Source of the DNA: Akkermansiaceae bacterium
GTDB lineage: Bacteria; Verrucomicrobiota; Verrucomicrobiia; Verrucomicrobiales; Akkermansiaceae
Direction of reading: 5' to 3'
Assembly (NCBI GenBank): GCA_049631945.1
Contig: JBNABE010000001.1
Span: 1 to 44,220, forward strand
DNA: 44,220 bases
A program made the position numbers and the translations under genes. Positions 39,649 through 44,220 of the stretch are shown here, in pieces (the first letter of the stretch is position 1; each line of letters opens with the position of its first letter). The notes under the pieces are model-generated. The model saw nothing but the letters and a program-made list of their open reading frames with translations. It did no database searches and was not told the DNA's origin.

Positions 39649-40257
39649 ATGTCTAATTTTTCCCATGCTCATACTGATCAGGATCTCATCCGACTCAGAC
39701 AATTCCTCAAAGAGACCTTGAGCAAATCGGGGGCTGACATTATCGGCCACTCATCTGAGAATAGGCAGGTTCTTAATCTTGCTTGTGGCCGCGCTGACGA
39801 AACCAAAGTCCTGGCAGACGTCTTTGGGCGTGGCGCCGAATCCATCCATCTTACTGGCATTGATATCCGGACACGTGAAATAGGAGAAGCAAAAGAGCGA
39901 TGGGACAAAGTCTCAGACAAGGCAACTGCCGATTTTCATGTTCAAGATGCGTCCCAGCTCGCTCAACTCAAAGAGCTGGATCATCAGTTCGATATTGCCT
40001 TTATGCGCCACCAAAATTTCTGGAATGGCGACACCACCTGGACAAAAATTTACGATCAAGCTTTGCATCGTCTTGATGAAGATGGGCTGCTTGTCATCAC
40101 CTCTTACTTCGACCGCGAACACCGCTTGGCTTTGGACGCCATTCAAGGACTAGGGGCTGAGCTGATCTGCTCAGAGCGCAATCGGAACTCTCGTATTATT
40201 ACCGACGCTCCCAATAAGTCGGTTGACCGCCACATTGCTGTATTCCGCAAACCCTGA
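39649..40257 (+). CDS. Class I SAM-dependent methyltransferase
   Basis: VLNLACG motif I, LTGID motif II, QDA, FDIAF; start reassigned to ATG 39649. Confidence 0.7.
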   Translation: MSNFSHAHTDQDLIRLRQFLKETLSKSGADIIGHSSENRQVLNLACGRADETKVLADVFGRGAESIHLTGIDIRTREIGEAKERWDKVSDKATADFHVQDASQLAQLKELDHQFDIAFMRHQNFWNGDTTWTKIYDQALHRLDEDGLLVITSYFDREHRLALDAIQGLGAELICSERNRNSRIITDAPNKSVDRHIAVFRKP

Positions 40258-40272
40258 ATGACCGTGCCCCCA

Positions 40273-40881
40273 TTAGGCTTGTGACTGATTCGGCCTCCAA
40301 CACATCAACCATTCCTCTCCCTCACGCGTTGGAAAATGGTTTTGGGGCAACCGGCCCCACTCCAAGGTAAAGTATTTCTTAAAGTGCCTTTCTATACTCT
40401 CAATATTCGTTTTATAGGGTGGTCCAACATCTTCTGGGGGTTGAGCAAAAGCAAAAAACACACCAATCAGAATACCCTCAGGCTTGAGTAAGCGATGTGC
40501 GGCATCAACGTATCTGTCCCTCTGATCAGGTGTGATTGCACAGAAGCAAGTATGCTCCCAAATGACATCGTAGCGCTTAGCCTCCGCATGAGCTAAATCA
40601 AAAAAATCGCCCAGTTCATAGCGTGCCCCATCAGCACTATTCAATGACTTTGCCCCTGCCAGTGCTAATTCTGAGATATCCAGTCCCGTCACCATGCAGC
40701 CAGCTTTTGCTATTGCCGATACATCGTGCCCATAGCCACAGCCAGGCACTAAGACTTCAGAACCAGCTGGCAATTCTTCACTATCAAGAACTTCCAATAA
40801 AGCTGGCGACGGTGCTCCTTTATCCCAAGGAGTCCGCCCTACAGAATAATCTTGGTTCCAGTCACGCTGTTCGGTTGCCAT
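40273..40881 (-). CDS. Thiopurine S-/thiol/halide methyltransferase (TPMT family)
   Basis: TPWDKG.PSPAL, VLVPGCGYGHD, GDFF, EHTCFCAI.P, GPPY. Confidence 0.85.
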   Translation of the reverse strand: MATEQRDWNQDYSVGRTPWDKGAPSPALLEVLDSEELPAGSEVLVPGCGYGHDVSAIAKAGCMVTGLDISELALAGAKSLNSADGARYELGDFFDLAHAEAKRYDVIWEHTCFCAITPDQRDRYVDAAHRLLKPEGILIGVFFAFAQPPEDVGPPYKTNIESIERHFKKYFTLEWGRLPQNHFPTREGEEWLMCWRPNQSQA

Positions 40882-40911
40882 AATATAGATTGAGAGATTT
40901 TGCCGTATGTT

Positions 40912-41265
40912 TTACTCAAAATACGTATCATCGTGTGAGTAAACAGGGGCACAACAGCAAAGAAAACGAATGTCGGTAAGTGCTTTGACCTGATGCCATG
41001 CATTACGTGGGATCAGAATGGCATCATTCGGTCCTACATCACATCTGTCACCGTCAATTTCCATTGTAGCCTTGCCCTCAAGTATGAAATAAATCTCTTC
41101 ACTCAATTGATGGTAGTGGCGCTGCGTTTCACCACCCTCAGCTAAACTAGCCTCTGCGAGACTCTGTTTTTCCACGGGGGCATTGGTAGCATCCAAAATA
41201 CTACGAATAGTAGAGCCATCGGCAGTAGTAAATGGAATCTGGTCACGAAGCTGGTTGACGATCAT
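40912..41265 (-). CDS. Cupin domain protein
   Basis: FTTADGSTIR, HYHQLSEEIYFIL, P..WH metal motif, CCAPVYSHDDT; start reassigned to ATG 41265. Confidence 0.82.
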   Translation of the reverse strand: MIVNQLRDQIPFTTADGSTIRSILDATNAPVEKQSLAEASLAEGGETQRHYHQLSEEIYFILEGKATMEIDGDRCDVGPNDAILIPRNAWHQVKALTDIRFLCCCAPVYSHDDTYFE

Positions 41266-41462
41266 GCGTCTTGGTAACAAATTAAACGCGTGGAGACAAC
41301 TTCCGTTACCTGCCCAGCGTGTTTTCAATCCTTTGAGGTTGCCCTTCCTCCATTCGAGGAATGCCCATGTGAAGTTGATTATGATTGCGAAGTATGTTGC
41401 CGCCCGATGATCATCTTTTTCTCTGATCAAAACGCTGATGCACGCAGCCTCGATGACTAGTG

Positions 41463-42026
41463 ATGCCTGTTCGTCAACACATCGCTAACCGAGAAGCCTG
41501 CCCTTTCTTGCCTCATGTCAATGAGCCAATGAGCCCGTCAGACTCTCGTGCGAGTCGCAACTGCGGCGATCAAAGCAAATACTACTTGAGTGCACTCACC
41601 TGCGCTCAATCACTATGGCTACAGGGAAAACCTGCCCAAGCACTGCTTCAGCTCAATCATGCACTTGCGGTTCAACTTTCTAAAACGCACCCTCTTCAAA
41701 ATCAGTGGCCACCACCTTATCAAGCCATCGTCTGGATTCTAAGCCGCCGGCATGAGAAGGGATTCATGGGAAACCCCGTTCGTCACTATCAACACCTTGC
41801 AAGCCGTATGAGCGGCCCCAATAGAGAACAACGCACATGGCGAGCTTGGGCTTGTTTCCACCTGGCTCAAGACATATTGCCACCAGACTTGTATCCCCGT
41901 GACCAAGACCAAATCGATAAAGAGCAGCTCACGATTCCATGCTGGAATGTTGTGATCGAACAACTTGAAGTCATCGATTCTAATACCGACAGCCTTATTC
42001 TCAAATCGATGAAGTATAGCAGATAA
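41463..42026 (+). CDS. Hypothetical protein
   Basis: 187 aa ORF with motif-like AQSLW..GKPAQALLQLN, FMGNPVRHYQHLASRMSG, WRAWAC; no family recognised. Confidence 0.7.
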   Translation: MPVRQHIANREACPFLPHVNEPMSPSDSRASRNCGDQSKYYLSALTCAQSLWLQGKPAQALLQLNHALAVQLSKTHPLQNQWPPPYQAIVWILSRRHEKGFMGNPVRHYQHLASRMSGPNREQRTWRAWACFHLAQDILPPDLYPRDQDQIDKEQLTIPCWNVVIEQLEVIDSNTDSLILKSMKYSR

Positions 42027-42086
42027 GCGCAGCAATAAGTGCTTACCGCTTGCCTTCCATCTGCATTGTTTTACAAGCCTCTAAAG

Positions 42087-42809
42087 ATGCCAAATCTCTA
42101 CGAATCAGATCAAGCCCTCAGCGAATACCTGCTCATGCACTATGGCACGGATGCGGAACTCATGCCATGGCCCTTCGGTCCTGCTGACGCCATTGGCTTT
42201 CCAAGTCGCACAGTCAGTCATTTGCCGAATCAACAGGTATCACGCGGCTTGGATATTGGCTGCGCAGTCGGCCGGTCATCATTTGAGCTCTCTAAAATAT
42301 GTGATCAAGTCATTGGCATTGATTATTCCGCCAGTTTTATCGAAGCCGCCAATGAAATGAGACTCAATGGCAATATTAGTTACAGGATAAAAGAAAGCGG
42401 GCAAGTAGGGCATACTACCGTCGCTCGTATTCCCAAACACAGCCAGCCTGAGAACATACAATTTCTTTGTGCAGACGCCATGAATCTACCCGATGACCTT
42501 GGCCAGTTTGATTACGTTCATGCCGCAAACCTCATCTGTCGCCTGCCAGATCCAGCTCTATTACTCAAGCGCTTACCCAGTCTGGTTGCAACAGGTGGTT
42601 ATCTGGTATTGGCAACACCCTGTACCTGGCTCAATGAATTCACTCCACCAGAGAATCAACCAAGCAATGACACCTTTGCATGGCTATCAGAGCTACTTTC
42701 GACTTCTTTCAAGCTGGTTAAGAAGAAAGACGAACCTTTCTTGATCAGAGAAACGGCGAGAAAATTTCAGTGGAGTGTATCCATGGTAACCTTATGGCAG
42801 CGGTTATAA
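42087..42809 (+). CDS. Standalone methyltransferase similar to the OvoA C-terminal (mercaptohistidine N-methyltransferase) domain
   Basis: YESD..LSEYLLMHYG, LDIGCAVGRSSFELS, GIDYSASFI, ANLICRL.DP, P.TWL.EFTP, PFLIRETARKFQ; start reassigned to ATG 42087. Confidence 0.8.
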   Translation: MPNLYESDQALSEYLLMHYGTDAELMPWPFGPADAIGFPSRTVSHLPNQQVSRGLDIGCAVGRSSFELSKICDQVIGIDYSASFIEAANEMRLNGNISYRIKESGQVGHTTVARIPKHSQPENIQFLCADAMNLPDDLGQFDYVHAANLICRLPDPALLLKRLPSLVATGGYLVLATPCTWLNEFTPPENQPSNDTFAWLSELLSTSFKLVKKKDEPFLIRETARKFQWSVSMVTLWQRL

Positions 42810-42859
42810 TGACCCGTAATTACGCTAAATAGGGCAAACTAGCAAAAAATGTCACGAGC

Positions 42860-42888
42860 TTGACTTTATCGGCTATGACGTGTAGTGT
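42860..42888 (+). promoter_or_regulatory. Putative sigma70 promoter of the desaturase gene
   Basis: TTGACT-17 nt-TAGTGT. Confidence 0.5.
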
Positions 42889-43041
42889 CCGCCAATCCTT
42901 TTTGGGATGTTTTTCAACCTTTGCCAACAAAGCAAGCCCGCCCTTACCTATATCGATATTCTCGTTACTTCTTATTTACTAAACACGTAGACTCCTTTTC
43001 TACTATTTGCGGAACAAACAACCGCTACTCCCCAAGTCATT

Positions 43042-44151
43042 ATGCCAAAAATACCTTTTAATCGCGTTAACTGGATCACTAGCATCTTCCTGATCTCTAC
43101 TGCTCTCATTGCCATCATTGGCGTTCCCATATACCTATTCAAGTTCGGTATAGACTGGTTCTTGGGAGGAATGTTCTTTTTCTACGCAGTGGCAACGACC
43201 ATGAGCATTACACTCGGTTATCACCGCCTCTTTTCTCACTTATCCTTCAAAGCCAAGTGGCCGGTGAAGTTCTTCACCCTTTTATTTGGCGCCTGCGCAT
43301 TCGAGAACTCTTGCCTAGATTGGTCTGCCGACCACCGCAAGCATCACAAACACGTCGATCACGATGAGGATCCCTACGACATTTCCAAGGGCTTCATGTG
43401 GGCACACATCGGCTGGCTTATGTTCAAGCTCAAGCCAGAGCAGCCAGTAAACAACGTCAATGATCTGCTTAAAGACCGCATGGTCATGCTGCAGCACAAA
43501 TACGTTCACTGGATCGGGTTTTTTGTCGGCCTGGTACTCCCAGCAGTGATTGCCTACATGGTTCAACCCACCTGGCAGTACGCCTTGGGCGGATTCCTTC
43601 TTGCTGGCATTCTCAGAGTCGTAGTCGTTCAACACTGCACATTCTTTATCAATTCGTTATGCCACACCATCGGCAAACAGCCGTATAATACTGAGAACTC
43701 TGCTCGTGATTCAGCGATCATGGCTGTTTTCACATGTGGAGAAGGTTATCACAACTACCACCACGCTTTTCAACACGACTACCGTAATGGTGTGAAGCCG
43801 TGGCAATTCGATCCCACCAAGTGGATGATTTGGACGCTCTCTAAACTCGGTCTTACTAGTGACCTACGCCGTGTGTCCGACGAGAAGATCTTACTCGCTG
43901 AGATGCGTGAGGCATGCCGTCAAGCAGACCGACTCAAAGCGATTGAACCAGAAGCCGCCCTGTGCGAGAAGGCCATGGAGGTGTTCCACAACTTTTCCCA
44001 ACGTCTTACCGACAGCTACTCCGAGCTGGAGGAAGCTATATCGGGAAAGGTAACGGTGTCGAAGCAAGCCATGGCACAATGGCAGAGAGAGACACGCGAG
44101 TTTGTGCGTCACGTATCTGTAATTAACCGCCAGCTCCAAAGTCCTGCTTAA
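43042..44151 (+). CDS. Membrane delta-9-type fatty acid desaturase
   Basis: His boxes HRLFSH, HRKHH, GEGYHNYHH; FFINSLCH; DYRNG..WQFDPTKW. Confidence 0.92.
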   Translation: MPKIPFNRVNWITSIFLISTALIAIIGVPIYLFKFGIDWFLGGMFFFYAVATTMSITLGYHRLFSHLSFKAKWPVKFFTLLFGACAFENSCLDWSADHRKHHKHVDHDEDPYDISKGFMWAHIGWLMFKLKPEQPVNNVNDLLKDRMVMLQHKYVHWIGFFVGLVLPAVIAYMVQPTWQYALGGFLLAGILRVVVVQHCTFFINSLCHTIGKQPYNTENSARDSAIMAVFTCGEGYHNYHHAFQHDYRNGVKPWQFDPTKWMIWTLSKLGLTSDLRRVSDEKILLAEMREACRQADRLKAIEPEAALCEKAMEVFHNFSQRLTDSYSELEEAISGKVTVSKQAMAQWQRETREFVRHVSVINRQLQSPA

Positions 44152-44179
44152 TTGCCCAGAAAGACATCAATCTCTATTC

Positions 44180-44213
44180 AACAGGCCCGCACAGTGTGCG
44201 GGCCTGTTTGTTG
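44180..44213 (+). terminator. Intrinsic terminator of the desaturase gene
   Basis: AACAGGCCCGCAC-AGT-GTGCGGGCCTGTT-TGTT. Confidence 0.8.
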
Positions 44214-44220
44214 TATACCG

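Overview
Mostly core-genome chromosome from a bacterium that looks like a member of Verrucomicrobiota. This is an inference from the fused lpxC-fabZ, the Chlamydia-like ribonucleotide reductase, the short ATP synthase delta subunit and the SD-less C/A-rich leaders. Contents in order: tRNA-Pro(GGG), argC-argJ, glpX, pyrH-frr, a D-2-hydroxyacid dehydrogenase, lpxC/fabZ-lpxA, a three-gene ribonucleotide reductase operon, SulP, ABC-F, pheT, atpBEFHAGDC, a permuted NlpC/P60 protein, HU, mlaE, msrB, a Pro-rich protein, an arsR-gapdh-arsJ arsenate-resistance operon, an RluA-family enzyme, DUF4202, a long adenylate-kinase-like protein, a cluster of three SAM methyltransferases plus a cupin, and a fatty-acid desaturase. 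No mobile elements or CRISPR were seen. Best candidate for a new system: the RNR operon encodes a class Ic-type (Tyr-less, probably Mn/Fe) beta subunit plus an intact second beta paralogue that has lost 4 of 6 metal ligands and the C-terminal radical-transfer Tyr. This suggests a bacterial beta/beta' heterodimer analogous to yeast Rnr2/Rnr4. Second candidate: an ORF-less, structured ~360 nt minus-strand RNA with repeated CCCCAAAA motifs between the ABC-F gene and pheT.
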